Of a DNA stretch of 32,000 bases, positions 24,367-32,000 are shown piece after piece. Origin of the DNA: Methylophaga frappieri (GTDB lineage: Bacteria; Pseudomonadota; Gammaproteobacteria; Nitrosococcales; Methylophagaceae); assembly GCF_000260965.1 (NCBI RefSeq), contig NC_017856.1:870001-902000 (forward strand). Direction: 5' to 3'. Position numbers and translations under genes: made by a program. Positions within the stretch are counted from its first letter, which is position 1; every line of letters begins with the position of its first letter. The notes under the pieces were generated by a model, which saw nothing but the letters and a program-made list of their open reading frames with translations, was not told the origin of the DNA and ran no database searches.

Positions 24367-24410
24367 TAAATTATCGCGCACCCAGGTTGGTTTTATCGCG
24401 CGCGGCTACA
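24367..24410 (+). repeat. Mu attR-like terminal transposase-binding repeats (R2-like 24367-24388, R1-like 24389-24410) ending in the terminal CA
   Basis: The exact 9-mer TTATCGCGC occurs at 24371-24379 and 24393-24401, 22 bp apart. The terminal GGTTTTATCGCGCGCGGCTACA resembles the Mu right end ...CGTTTTTCGTGCGCCGCTTCA. Confidence 0.7.
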
Positions 24411-24449
24411 GCAAGTTATAAAAAAATAGCAGATTAATGAAATTAATTC

Positions 24450-24478
24450 TTGCAAATGTGAATTATTATCATTAATAT
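24450..24478 (+). promoter_or_regulatory. Sigma70-type promoter: -35 TTGCAA, 17-nt spacer, -10 TAATAT
   Basis: TTGCAA at 24450-24455 and TAATAT at 24473-24478, with AT-rich upstream DNA. Confidence 0.45.
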
Positions 24479-24484
24479 TAACAA

Positions 24485-24561
24485 CAGATGGTCGCCACGG
24501 TAACCATCTCTCTCTGACACTGACAGACTTTATGCCAGCCCTCGGGCTGGCATTTTTTTTA
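24485..24561 (+). ncRNA. Candidate ~77-nt small RNA or leader/attenuator transcript (5' hairpin, single-stranded CTGACACTGACA stretch, intrinsic terminator)
   Basis: A promoter lies just upstream. A 7-bp hairpin forms from 24487-24493 and 24504-24510. The terminator is at 24535-24561. No protein ORF explains the unit. Confidence 0.35.
24535..24561 (+). terminator. Canonical rho-independent terminator
   Basis: GCCAGCC-CTCG-GGCTGGC (7-bp GC-rich stem) followed by A and T8 (24554-24561). Confidence 0.65.
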
Positions 24562-24588
24562 TCTGCCTCACATCAACTATCTCCATGT

Positions 24589-24594
24589 ATAATC
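24589..24594 (+). promoter_or_regulatory. Consensus -10 hexamer TATAAT (preceded by TG) upstream of ybiT; candidate proximal ybiT promoter
   Basis: TGTATAAT at 24587-24594. No good -35 is present. It lies 50 nt upstream of the TTG start. Confidence 0.3.
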
Positions 24595-24644
24595 ACGCCT
24601 TTTTGGCAGAAATCTGTCTCTAGCTTAATCTCAGGATCCACACC

Positions 24645-26240
24645 TTGCTTAGTACAGCCAATATCACCATGCAGTTCGGCGCCAAGCCGCTTTTCGAAAA
24701 CGTTTCTGTCAAGTTTGGCGAAGGAAACCGTTATGGCCTCATTGGCGCCAATGGCTGCGGAAAATCGACTTTTATGAAAATTCTTGCAGGATTGCAAGAG
24801 CCTAGTTCAGGCAATGTTGTTCGTGATCCCAATGAGTCATTTGCTGTCTTGAAACAAGACCAGTTTGCTTATGAAAGCGACCGCGTCATTGACGTAGTGA
24901 TTATGGGACAACCGCAACTCTGGGCAGTGCACCGTGAAAGAGAGCGTATTTATAGTCTGCCAGAAATGAGTGAAGAAGATGGTCTGAAAGTGGCAGAACT
25001 TGAGGGCCAATATGCTGAGCTAGATGGCTATACCGCTGAATCTCGTGCTGGAGAATTATTGCTTGGCGTCGGTATTCCAGTTGCCCAGCATTACGGGCCA
25101 ATGAGTGAAATTGCGCCAGGCTGGAAATTGCGTATTTTACTGGCGCAGGTATTGTTTGCGGATCCAGATATCCTACTGCTCGATGAACCCACTAACCACT
25201 TGGATATTAATACCATTCGCTGGCTGGAAGGCGTATTAAATCAGCGCAACAGCACCATGATCATCATCTCTCATGATCGCCACTTTCTGAATAGCGTCTG
25301 CACACACATGGCGGACATGGATTATGGAGAACTTCGCCTCTATCCCGGCAATTATGATGATTACATGATTGCCTCGACACAGGCCCGTGAACGCTTACAG
25401 GCTGATAACGCGCGTAAAAAAGCGCAAATTAAAGAGCTACAAGAGTTTGTTTCTCGCTTTTCCGCCAATGCTTCCAAAGCCAAACAAGCCACCTCTCGGC
25501 AAAAACAAATCGATAAAATCCAATTGGAAGATATGAAACCTTCCAGTCGGGTTAATCCTTTTATTCGATTTCAGCAAGATAAAAAGCTGTTTCGTAATGC
25601 ATTGGAAGTGACGCATCTGACACAGGGTTACGCCGATGAGCAGCCGCTGTTTAAAAAACTGAATTTGAGGGTCGAAGTCGGTGAAAAAATTGCCATTATT
25701 GGCCCGAATGGCATTGGTAAAACGAGTCTGGTTAAAACGTTGATTGGCGATTTGGCGGCGATTTCCGGAGAAATTAAATGGTCTGAAAATGCCAACATTG
25801 GTTACTACGCACAAGACCACGATCACCAATTCAAACAAAATTTAACCTTGTTCGAGTGGATGCAACAATGGGCCGGTTCTGGAGATGATGAGCAAGTGAT
25901 TCGCGGTACCTTGGGGCGTTTGTTGTTTTCGGGCTCCCAAATCGACAAAAAAGTAAATGTCTTATCCGGTGGCGAAAAAGGACGGATGCTGTTCGGCAAG
26001 TTGATTCTGCAAAAGCCGAATATTCTGGTGATGGATGAACCTACTAATCACATGGATATGGAATCCATTGAATCGCTTAATTACGCACTGGAACAATTTG
26101 ATGGCACCTTGCTGTTTGTCTCGCATGACCGTGAATTTGTCTCCTCCTTAGCGGATCGGATTCTGGATATTCAAACCGATGGCGTGACTGACTTTCATGG
26201 CAATTATGAAGCGTACTTACAGCATCTAGGCGTTAATTAA
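24645..26240 (+). CDS. ybiT: ABC-F family ATPase YbiT (two ABC domains, no TM domain)
   Basis: [49 protein letters not shown]... is collinear with E. coli YbiT as I recall it, including the N-terminus (supporting TTG 24645 with AGGA at 24633-24636). There are two Walker A and signature (LSGGEK) sets. Confidence 0.9.
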   Translation: MLSTANITMQFGAKPLFENVSVKFGEGNRYGLIGANGCGKSTFMKILAGLQEPSSGNVVRDPNESFAVLKQDQFAYESDRVIDVVIMGQPQLWAVHRERERIYSLPEMSEEDGLKVAELEGQYAELDGYTAESRAGELLLGVGIPVAQHYGPMSEIAPGWKLRILLAQVLFADPDILLLDEPTNHLDINTIRWLEGVLNQRNSTMIIISHDRHFLNSVCTHMADMDYGELRLYPGNYDDYMIASTQARERLQADNARKKAQIKELQEFVSRFSANASKAKQATSRQKQIDKIQLEDMKPSSRVNPFIRFQQDKKLFRNALEVTHLTQGYADEQPLFKKLNLRVEVGEKIAIIGPNGIGKTSLVKTLIGDLAAISGEIKWSENANIGYYAQDHDHQFKQNLTLFEWMQQWAGSGDDEQVIRGTLGRLLFSGSQIDKKVNVLSGGEKGRMLFGKLILQKPNILVMDEPTNHMDMESIESLNYALEQFDGTLLFVSHDREFVSSLADRILDIQTDGVTDFHGNYEAYLQHLGVN

Positions 26241-26274
26241 TCCTTACCGGATTTTCGTCAGGATTTAAGCAAAG

Positions 26275-26304
26275 CGCCGACATATTTAAATCAATATGTC
26301 GGCG
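26275..26304. terminator. Hairpin between the convergent ybiT and dodecin genes (likely bidirectional terminator)
   Basis: CGCCGACATAT (26275-26285) pairs with ATATGTCGGCG (26294-26304) around an 8-nt loop. AAA lies upstream and TTTT a few nt downstream. Confidence 0.6.
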
Positions 26305-26313
26305 TAGGCGTTT

Positions 26314-26523
26314 TCAGTCATCCAATCGAAAACCAATCTTGATGGTTACCTGCCAATACTTCACTTTGCCTTCTTCAATATAGCCTCGGGTATCTATGAC
26401 TTGAAACCAATGTACTTGATGCAGACTTTGCGTTGCTTTGGCAATGGCATTCTCAATCGCCTTATCCGAGCTCTCCGTCGAACTACCAGTAATTTCGATG
26501 TGTTTGTAAATATGATCAGACAT
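26314..26523 (-). CDS. Dodecin-family flavin-binding protein
   Basis: The 69-aa sequence MSDHIYKHIEITGSSTESSDKAIENAIAKATQSLHQVHWFQVIDTRGYIEEGKVKYWQVTIKIGFRLDD matches the dodecin pattern (YK.IE..GSS..S...AI..AI..A...L....WF.V...RG.I..G.V..YQV.....F.L.D). Confidence 0.8.
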   Translation of the reverse strand: MSDHIYKHIEITGSSTESSDKAIENAIAKATQSLHQVHWFQVIDTRGYIEEGKVKYWQVTIKIGFRLDD

Positions 26524-26792
26524 GACTGCTCCTCTGCATTTAATAAATTGTTTACAAGCACACTGACCAGCGGCTGCGTGTCATCGACACGATTAATATC
26601 CACAAAGACCAGATAGCCCTATCTTAGACTGAACAAGGCAAGGCTTGCCAGCGATAAAAAATAACGCCCAGCCAACCTGAATAAATAAATGATTTTGCTA
26701 TCATTTAACATAAATGAACGGTATAATCACCAACTCCGTTTTATCCCCAGACCGTTTGCCTAAATAGCTCACTGTCCTTCACAGGTTACTCC

Positions 26793-28592
26793 ATGTCTAC
26801 AGAACAACACGATGCAGCGCCCTCATTTTCTGAGTTAGGGCTAGCCCCCGCTATTCTTGAAGCCGTACAACAAGCTGGCTATGAAACGCCCTCACCTATT
26901 CAGGCGCAGAGTATTCCACCGCTGCTCACCGGCCGCGATCTGTTGGGTCAGGCACAAACCGGCACCGGTAAAACCGCGGCTTTCTCTCTGCCGTTATTAA
27001 GCCGACTTGACCTAAAAAGCAAAGCCACACAGCTACTCGTGCTGGCTCCGACGCGGGAATTGGCCATTCAGGTATCTGAAGCAATGCAATCTTATGCCCG
27101 GCACCTGAAAGATTTTCATATTCTGCCGATTTACGGCGGTCAAAGTGTCGGCATTCAATTACGGGCGTTAAAACGCCAACCTCAGGTAATTGTCGGTACG
27201 CCAGGTCGAATTTTGGATCATATCCGGCGTCGAACTTTGAAACTCGATCAATTACAGGCTTTGGTGCTCGATGAAGCCGATGAAATGCTGCGCATGGGCT
27301 TCATCGATGATGTTGAAACCATTCTGCAGCAGACACCGGATAGTCGTCAGGTTGCCTTATTTTCCGCAACCATGCCTGGCCCGATTCATCGAGTGGCGCA
27401 AAAATATCTGAAGGATCCGGTTGAAGTCCGTATCAAGTCAAACACGTCAACAGTCGAAACCATAAACCAACGCTACTGGCAGGTCACAGGTCTACACAAG
27501 CTGGACGCACTGACCCGGATTCTGGAAGTCGAAAACTTTGATGGCATGATCATCTTTGTCCGCACCAAAAATGCCACGGTGGAACTGGCAGAAAAACTAG
27601 AAGCACGTGGCTATTCCGCTTCAGCTATCAATGGCGATATGAATCAGGCCTTGCGAGAGAAAACCATTGAACGCATGAAAAAGGGACAAATTGATATTCT
27701 GATTGCCACGGATGTTGCTGCTCGGGGACTGGACATCGAGCGCATGAGCCATGTGGTGAATTACGATATCCCTTATGATACCGAGTCTTACGTTCACCGA
27801 ATTGGCCGTACCGGCCGTGCTGGTCGCCAGGGCGAAGCCATTCTGTTCGTGTCACCGCGCGAAAAAAGAATGTTGGCGGCGATTGAAAAAGCAACACGCC
27901 AAACCATCACCCGCATGCAGCTGCCGAGCACGGAAGAAATTGCCGACCGGCGTGTTATCCAGTTTATGGAAACCTTAACGGAAACCATCGAATCTCAGGA
28001 CCTGAGTTATTTTGAAAACTTGATGCAACGTTATCAGCAAGAGCATAACGCTGACCCGATGGATATGGCTGCTGCATTGACCTATCTACTGCAAAAAGAT
28101 CGGCCTCTCAACCCGCCAGTTAAACATGTCAGCGAACGCAAACCACGAGAAAACGCCAACGAACGACAGTTTAATGATGAGCGTCTACCTCGCCGCGAGC
28201 GACGCAAGGATTTTCGTGCGGATGACCGCCACCCAACTGATCCTGATATGGACATTTATCGCGCCGAAGTCGGCCGTGTTGATAATGTTGAGCCACGTAA
28301 TCTGGTTGGCGCCATTGCCAACGAGGCCGGTATCGAAAGCCGCTTTATTGGCCGGATTACCATTAATGAAGATCACAGTTTAATTAATTTGCCGCAGGGC
28401 ATGCCCAAAGATATCTTCCAACATCTGCGTAAGGTTTGGGTCGCCAACAAACAACTCAATTTGAGCCTTGCTAACGATGAGATCGATAATTCTCCGGCTC
28501 CGATTCGGCCCAAGCTGAATAAGGCGAGAGGAGCAGGAAGAGCGCTTAATGCGGGTAATCGCCCCAAACAGCGCACCAGCAAAAAGCGCTAA
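26793..28592 (+). CDS. deaD: Cold-shock DEAD-box RNA helicase DeaD/CsdA
   Basis: Q-motif region FSELGLAPAILEAVQQAGYETPSPIQ, AQTGTGKTAAF, DEAD, SAT, HRIGRTGRAG, and the C-terminal DbpA-like RNA-binding part (YRAEVGRVDNVEPRNLVGAIANEAGI). Collinear with E. coli DeaD as I recall it. Confidence 0.9.
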   Translation: MSTEQHDAAPSFSELGLAPAILEAVQQAGYETPSPIQAQSIPPLLTGRDLLGQAQTGTGKTAAFSLPLLSRLDLKSKATQLLVLAPTRELAIQVSEAMQSYARHLKDFHILPIYGGQSVGIQLRALKRQPQVIVGTPGRILDHIRRRTLKLDQLQALVLDEADEMLRMGFIDDVETILQQTPDSRQVALFSATMPGPIHRVAQKYLKDPVEVRIKSNTSTVETINQRYWQVTGLHKLDALTRILEVENFDGMIIFVRTKNATVELAEKLEARGYSASAINGDMNQALREKTIERMKKGQIDILIATDVAARGLDIERMSHVVNYDIPYDTESYVHRIGRTGRAGRQGEAILFVSPREKRMLAAIEKATRQTITRMQLPSTEEIADRRVIQFMETLTETIESQDLSYFENLMQRYQQEHNADPMDMAAALTYLLQKDRPLNPPVKHVSERKPRENANERQFNDERLPRRERRKDFRADDRHPTDPDMDIYRAEVGRVDNVEPRNLVGAIANEAGIESRFIGRITINEDHSLINLPQGMPKDIFQHLRKVWVANKQLNLSLANDEIDNSPAPIRPKLNKARGAGRALNAGNRPKQRTSKKR

Positions 28593-28602
28593 ACCACTAA
28601 AA

Positions 28603-28630
28603 AGTCACTGCATGCAGTGACTTTTTTTTT
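28603..28630 (+). terminator. Rho-independent terminator of deaD
   Basis: AGTCACTGCA/TGCAGTGACT is a perfect 10-bp inverted repeat (28603-28622), followed by a T run to 28630 and preceded by an A run (possibly bidirectional). Confidence 0.75.
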
Positions 28631-28650
28631 CAGCATGCCAAAATAACCCG

Positions 28651-29880
28651 ATGCTGAATATTATCTGGATTGCTTTTTTTCTGATTGCCTTTGCGGTCGC
28701 CTTATTCAAATTACTGGTCTTGGGTGATACCGTTATTTTTGGTGAAATCATGCAGGCGTTGTTTGCGTTGGCAACCACGGCTTTTGAGATTGCCCTGGGA
28801 TTAACCGGTATTCTGACGCTATGGCTGGGTATGATGAAAATCGGTGAACGTAGCGGCTTTATCGAATGGTTAACACGCGGCTTGACGCCGCTTTTCACAA
28901 GATTGATGCCTGAAGTGCCCAAAAACCATCCCGCGCTGGGGGCCATGGTCATGAACATGTCGGCAAATGCGCTTGGTCTGGATAATGCTGCGACGCCACT
29001 TGGAATCAAGGCCATGCAGGAGTTACAAAAGCTCAATCCCTTCAAGGACACAGCGAGTAATCCGCAGATCCTATTTTTGGTTATCAATACCTCCGCAGTT
29101 ACGTTATTTCCCGTCACGATTTTTACTTATCGTGCACAAATGGGCGCCGCTAATCCAACCGATGTGTTCATTCCCTTATTGATTGCCACCTATTGTTCTA
29201 CCATGGTTGGCCTGATTACTGTTGCCTTTGTACAAAAAATTAACTTGCTGGATCGTGTTGTACTCACCTACCTGGGAGTGATCAGCCTGATCGTCTTTGG
29301 CTTACTGGCTTATTTCGGTCAACTAAGTCAAGCGCAGATGCAAGCGCAATCCGCCTTGATCAGTAATTTAATCATTTTCTCTCTGGTCATCGCTTTCATT
29401 GTTGCCGCCAGCTGGCGCAGGGTGAACGCCTACGAAGCCTTTATTGAAGGGGCGAAGGAAGGCTTTAGCACTGCAGTGATGATTATTCCTTATCTGGTTG
29501 CCATGCTTGTGGCTATCGGCGTATTCAGAGCCAGCGGGGCATTGGATTTACTGGCGGATGGGCTGCGTTATCTGGTGCTGTCTTTTGGTTTGGATGCCCG
29601 GTTTATTGACGCCTTACCAACGGCTTTAATGAAACCATTTAGTGGTAGTGGGGCAAGAGCCATGCTGATCGATACCATGGAAGTCCATGGTGCCGACTCG
29701 TTTGCCGGACGCCTCGCTTCAATCGTTCAAGGTAGTACAGAAACCACTTTTTATGTTTTGGCCGTGTATTTCGGTGCGGTTGGCATACGTAAAGTCCGTC
29801 ATGCTGTCAGCTGCGGTTTGGCGGCCGATATTGCTGGCATCCTCGCTGCCATTTTTATCGCTTACTGGTTTTTTGGTTAA
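28651..29880 (+). CDS. Nucleoside-recognition (Gate) domain inner-membrane protein, fused SpmA/SpmB-like
   Basis: 409 aa, polytopic. The N-terminus MLNIIWIAFFLIAFAVALFK... and ...NMSANALGLDNAATPLGIKAMQEL... are typical of SpmA-type Gate-domain proteins. Confidence 0.65.
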   Translation: MLNIIWIAFFLIAFAVALFKLLVLGDTVIFGEIMQALFALATTAFEIALGLTGILTLWLGMMKIGERSGFIEWLTRGLTPLFTRLMPEVPKNHPALGAMVMNMSANALGLDNAATPLGIKAMQELQKLNPFKDTASNPQILFLVINTSAVTLFPVTIFTYRAQMGAANPTDVFIPLLIATYCSTMVGLITVAFVQKINLLDRVVLTYLGVISLIVFGLLAYFGQLSQAQMQAQSALISNLIIFSLVIAFIVAASWRRVNAYEAFIEGAKEGFSTAVMIIPYLVAMLVAIGVFRASGALDLLADGLRYLVLSFGLDARFIDALPTALMKPFSGSGARAMLIDTMEVHGADSFAGRLASIVQGSTETTFYVLAVYFGAVGIRKVRHAVSCGLAADIAGILAAIFIAYWFFG

Positions 29881-30006
29881 AGCACAAGGCCAGTCCAAAA
29901 TAAATCTACTGCTAGCCGCATTTTCTGCTACATTTTATCGCCCCGCATGGGCATAGCCTTGTTGAATTCGATTCACAAGTTATTGTGCTGATGGAGAAAT
30001 GATGCC

Positions 30007-30648
30007 TTGAATGCGCCCCTACTGGTTTCGCCTGATTTACTGGATCAGGTTGCAGATCAACTTGCCGAGAACGGCTATTGTATTTTGCCACAGCTGTTAC
30101 CGCTGCCATTAAATCATGATTTGTATCGACGCGTTGCTCGTCTGGACGACCATAATGCGTTGACCCGCGCCGGTATTGGGCGTGATCAACAGTTTCAATT
30201 AAACACGACAATTCGTCGAGATGAAACACGCTGGCTAAGTGACGAACACCCGATCGATCAGGCTTATCTCGCTGCAATGTCATCATTTCGTCTCGCGCTC
30301 AATGAGCGACTTTTTCTCGGCTTGTTTGATTATGAAGCACATTTTGCGCATTATGGTCCAGGTGCATTTTACAAACGCCATGTCGATGCATTTAAAGGAC
30401 AATCAAACCGGATTCTGACAACGGTTTTGTATCTCAACCCTTTCTGGCCAGCAGAAGCGGGAGGTCAACTGGCTATGTACCAACCCGGCACAGAAAAGAT
30501 AATCGCATCCGTTGAACCCGAACTGGGCACCTTTGTTGTTTTTTTAAGTGACACCTTTCCACATGAAGTCTTGCCCTGCCGACAGGATCGTTACAGTATC
30601 GCAGGCTGGTTTCGTTGTCTTGATCCCTTGCAAGCGCCGTCAATTTAA
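30007..30648 (+). CDS. 2-oxoglutarate/Fe(II) oxygenase of the PHD/EGLN (prolyl 4-hydroxylase) type
   Basis: YKRHVDAF (HxD), TTVLYLNPFWPAEAGGQL, FPHEVLP (distal His) and RYSIAGWF (2OG-binding Arg) parallel the PHD2 core pattern. TTG start at 30007 with GGAG at 29992-29995; there is no nearby in-frame ATG. Confidence 0.65.
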   Translation: MNAPLLVSPDLLDQVADQLAENGYCILPQLLPLPLNHDLYRRVARLDDHNALTRAGIGRDQQFQLNTTIRRDETRWLSDEHPIDQAYLAAMSSFRLALNERLFLGLFDYEAHFAHYGPGAFYKRHVDAFKGQSNRILTTVLYLNPFWPAEAGGQLAMYQPGTEKIIASVEPELGTFVVFLSDTFPHEVLPCRQDRYSIAGWFRCLDPLQAPSI

Positions 30649-31185
30649 ATGACTGATCTCGACTGGGAAATACGCGAGCTAGGCCATCCGCAACTTAGAA
30701 AACCAGCCAACCCTGTATTGGATATTGCCGAACCAGATACACAGCGATTACTCGATAATCTGCTGACCTTTGTTGTCCAGAAGCAAGGCATGGGTATCGC
30801 AGCACCCCAGGTGGGTATTAGCCTGCAAATTTTTATTATGTGCAGTCACCCAAATCAGCGATATCCGAATGCGCCAGTGATGAAGCCAGCCTGCATCCTT
30901 AACCCAACTATTCTCCATTATTCAACGGAAATGGAAAAAGACTGGGAAGGTTGTCTCAGTATCCCCGGATTACGGGCTTTGGTACCGCGGTCAAATGCTA
31001 TTGATGTTGCGTACGACACGCGCCAAGGTGAGCGTGTTCAAATCCGATATACCGGGTTTCTGGCCAGATTGTTTCAACATGAATACGATCATCTGCAAGG
31101 CCGGCTGTTTATTGATCATGTCGATTCCACACTGGACATAATGACCGAGAAACAATGGCGAAACACCCTATCCACTATGGCATAA
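30649..31185 (+). CDS. def: Peptide deformylase
   Basis: Motifs GIAAPQVG, EGCLSIPG and HEYDHLQG. 178 aa. It starts on the base after the upstream TAA. Confidence 0.9.
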   Translation: MTDLDWEIRELGHPQLRKPANPVLDIAEPDTQRLLDNLLTFVVQKQGMGIAAPQVGISLQIFIMCSHPNQRYPNAPVMKPACILNPTILHYSTEMEKDWEGCLSIPGLRALVPRSNAIDVAYDTRQGERVQIRYTGFLARLFQHEYDHLQGRLFIDHVDSTLDIMTEKQWRNTLSTMA

Positions 31186-31193
31186 ACAACAAG

Positions 31194-32000
31194 CTATGCT
31201 GATTGCCCGAACATGATTCCAACTGACGTTGCCAAGGCATCAGAACGGCCTGGCGAACGCAATGCTTGCATGATCGGGTCACGCAAATTTGGCAAATATA
31301 AAACATCTGCCAATAACTGACTAAACCCGGGTTGCCCCGCATCATTAATTGCCAAACGCTCACAAAATAAATGCGCGATCGTTGGCTCTGCCAAAGTTGA
31401 CCAGCAACGGCCACTCACCACGGCGAGTATTTCGACGTTGCGACTACAGTCATGTTGCAAAACTTTTCTGACAGTTTCTGCAACCAGCCCTTGAGCAGCC
31501 GTATTTGAAATCGCTCTCAGGCAAGCAGCTACGTGATTGACGTCGGGATCAACCTCACCCAAGGCCGCCGAGAGCTGCGCTATGAATGCTTCTACCAAAC
31601 TGGTTGGAATGGCAACCTGCTCAAGAAACCGGGCAAGCGTTTGAAACGGCGTTGCCGGCAACCCAGGTAGCGTTTGAATTAAGTCCGCTACATCATCTGT
31701 CTCCGGCAAGCGCACCGCCACATCGGCCACTCCCTGGAGTGCTAATTCCGACCAGACTTGTGAATCAGCGTTGCCAGTGAAATACGCCTTCGCGGCCGGA
31801 AAATACGGTGACGGAGGCAGGCGCAGTGTTGCCGTTGCGAGGGCATTAAATGCCGCCATTTTTTCTTCTCGTGGCGTAAAACTGTAAGGACTGTCTTTTA
31901 ACGCACCTTGAAGCCGGTGACCATCTGCCGCGGCCAACATGGATTCACCGACGCGATCCAGCACCGCCACCAGAAACTCATCGCGTGCTACTTGCAATAA
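31194..32000 (-). CDS. Conserved-looking hypothetical protein, N-terminus outside the window
   Basis: The minus-strand frame is open from the window edge to a stop ending at 31194. The 267+ aa are Ala/Leu-rich and helical. No family was recognised. Confidence 0.45.
   Translation of the reverse strand, partial: LLQVARDEFLVAVLDRVGESMLAAADGHRLQGALKDSPYSFTPREEKMAAFNALATATLRLPPSPYFPAAKAYFTGNADSQVWSELALQGVADVAVRLPETDDVADLIQTLPGLPATPFQTLARFLEQVAIPTSLVEAFIAQLSAALGEVDPDVNHVAACLRAISNTAAQGLVAETVRKVLQHDCSRNVEILAVVSGRCWSTLAEPTIAHLFCERLAINDAGQPGFSQLLADVLYLPNLRDPIMQALRSPGRSDALATSVGIMFGQSA

Larger units (their letters stand above)
1..24410 (+). mobile_element. Late (lysis + head + tail) half and right end of a Mu-like transposable prophage with a siphovirus/GTA-type tail; the left end lies upstream of the window
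   Basis: Unbroken + strand gene train in Mu order (endolysin, spanins, DUF3486-type small terminase, TerL, DUF935 portal, MuF, Mu G, Mu I, Mu T, gp36/gp37-like). This is followed by tail tube, frameshifted chaperone, tape measure and tip proteins. It ends in Mu attR-like repeats finishing ...CA at 24410, after which conserved chromosomal genes begin. Confidence 0.85.

Noticed and set aside
24318-24410. Mu-type right-end accessories (gin invertase, invertible G segment, mom)
   Set aside because: They are absent. Coding ends at 24317 and the remaining 93 bp are the terminal repeats. The com-like gene is instead paired with a Dam-type methyltransferase mid-tail.
24532-24797. ORFs 24532-24777 (+, 81 aa) and 24573-24797 (-, 74 aa) around the ybiT start
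   Set aside because: The + ORF begins inside the terminator hairpin and runs out of frame into ybiT. The minus ORF is antisense to the conserved ybiT N-terminus. Neither has motifs or an SD.
26524-26792. Promoters for the divergent dodecin and deaD genes (for example TATAAT at 26722-26727)
   Set aside because: There is a consensus -10 but no acceptable -35 at 16-18 nt spacing (TTGCTA lies 21 nt away). I could not define a promoter or a cold-shock leader structure confidently by eye, so none is reported as a feature.
1-32000. CRISPR arrays, tRNA/tmRNA, rRNA, IS elements or integrase-type att sites
   Set aside because: No regularly spaced direct repeats, cloverleaf-like segments, rRNA-like stretches or tyrosine/serine recombinase or IS transposase ORFs were seen on either strand. 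The only mobile-element boundary found is the Mu-type end at 24410.

Overview
The window has two parts. Bases 1-24410 are the late (lysis, head, tail) half and right terminus of a Mu-like transposable prophage. All its genes are on the + strand and are tightly coupled, with many ATGA/GTGA overlaps. The order is: SLT endolysin, overlapped Rz/Rz1-type spanins, gp25-like membrane protein, DUF3486-type small terminase, TerL, DUF935 portal, MuF, Mu G, Mu I protease/scaffold, Mu T capsid and gp36/gp37-like connectors. The tail is siphovirus/GTA-like rather than Mu-like: tube, -1 frameshifted chaperone pair, 927-aa tape measure, a DUF2163/BR0599 protein, a J-like tip protein and a LamG-like distal protein. 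The prophage ends in two Mu attR-like repeats and a terminal CA at 24410. Bases 24411-32000 are ordinary, apparently gammaproteobacterial chromosome: ybiT (ABC-F ATPase), dodecin, deaD, a SpmA/SpmB-like Gate-domain membrane protein, a PHD/EGLN-like 2OG oxygenase abutting def, and a truncated minus-strand ORF. Five items deserve a second look. (1) An AT-rich com-like zinc-finger plus Dam-family methyltransferase moron sits between the tail chaperone and the tape measure. (2) A complete vWA/MIDAS domain is embedded in the tail-tip protein. (3) That tip gene appears split by a 65-codon ORF. (4) The exact phage/host junction can be read from the sequence. (5) A self-contained promoter-hairpin-terminator unit (candidate sRNA or attenuator) lies between the junction and ybiT. 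No CRISPR array, tRNA or rRNA was seen. All family assignments come from motif recognition by eye, not from searches.
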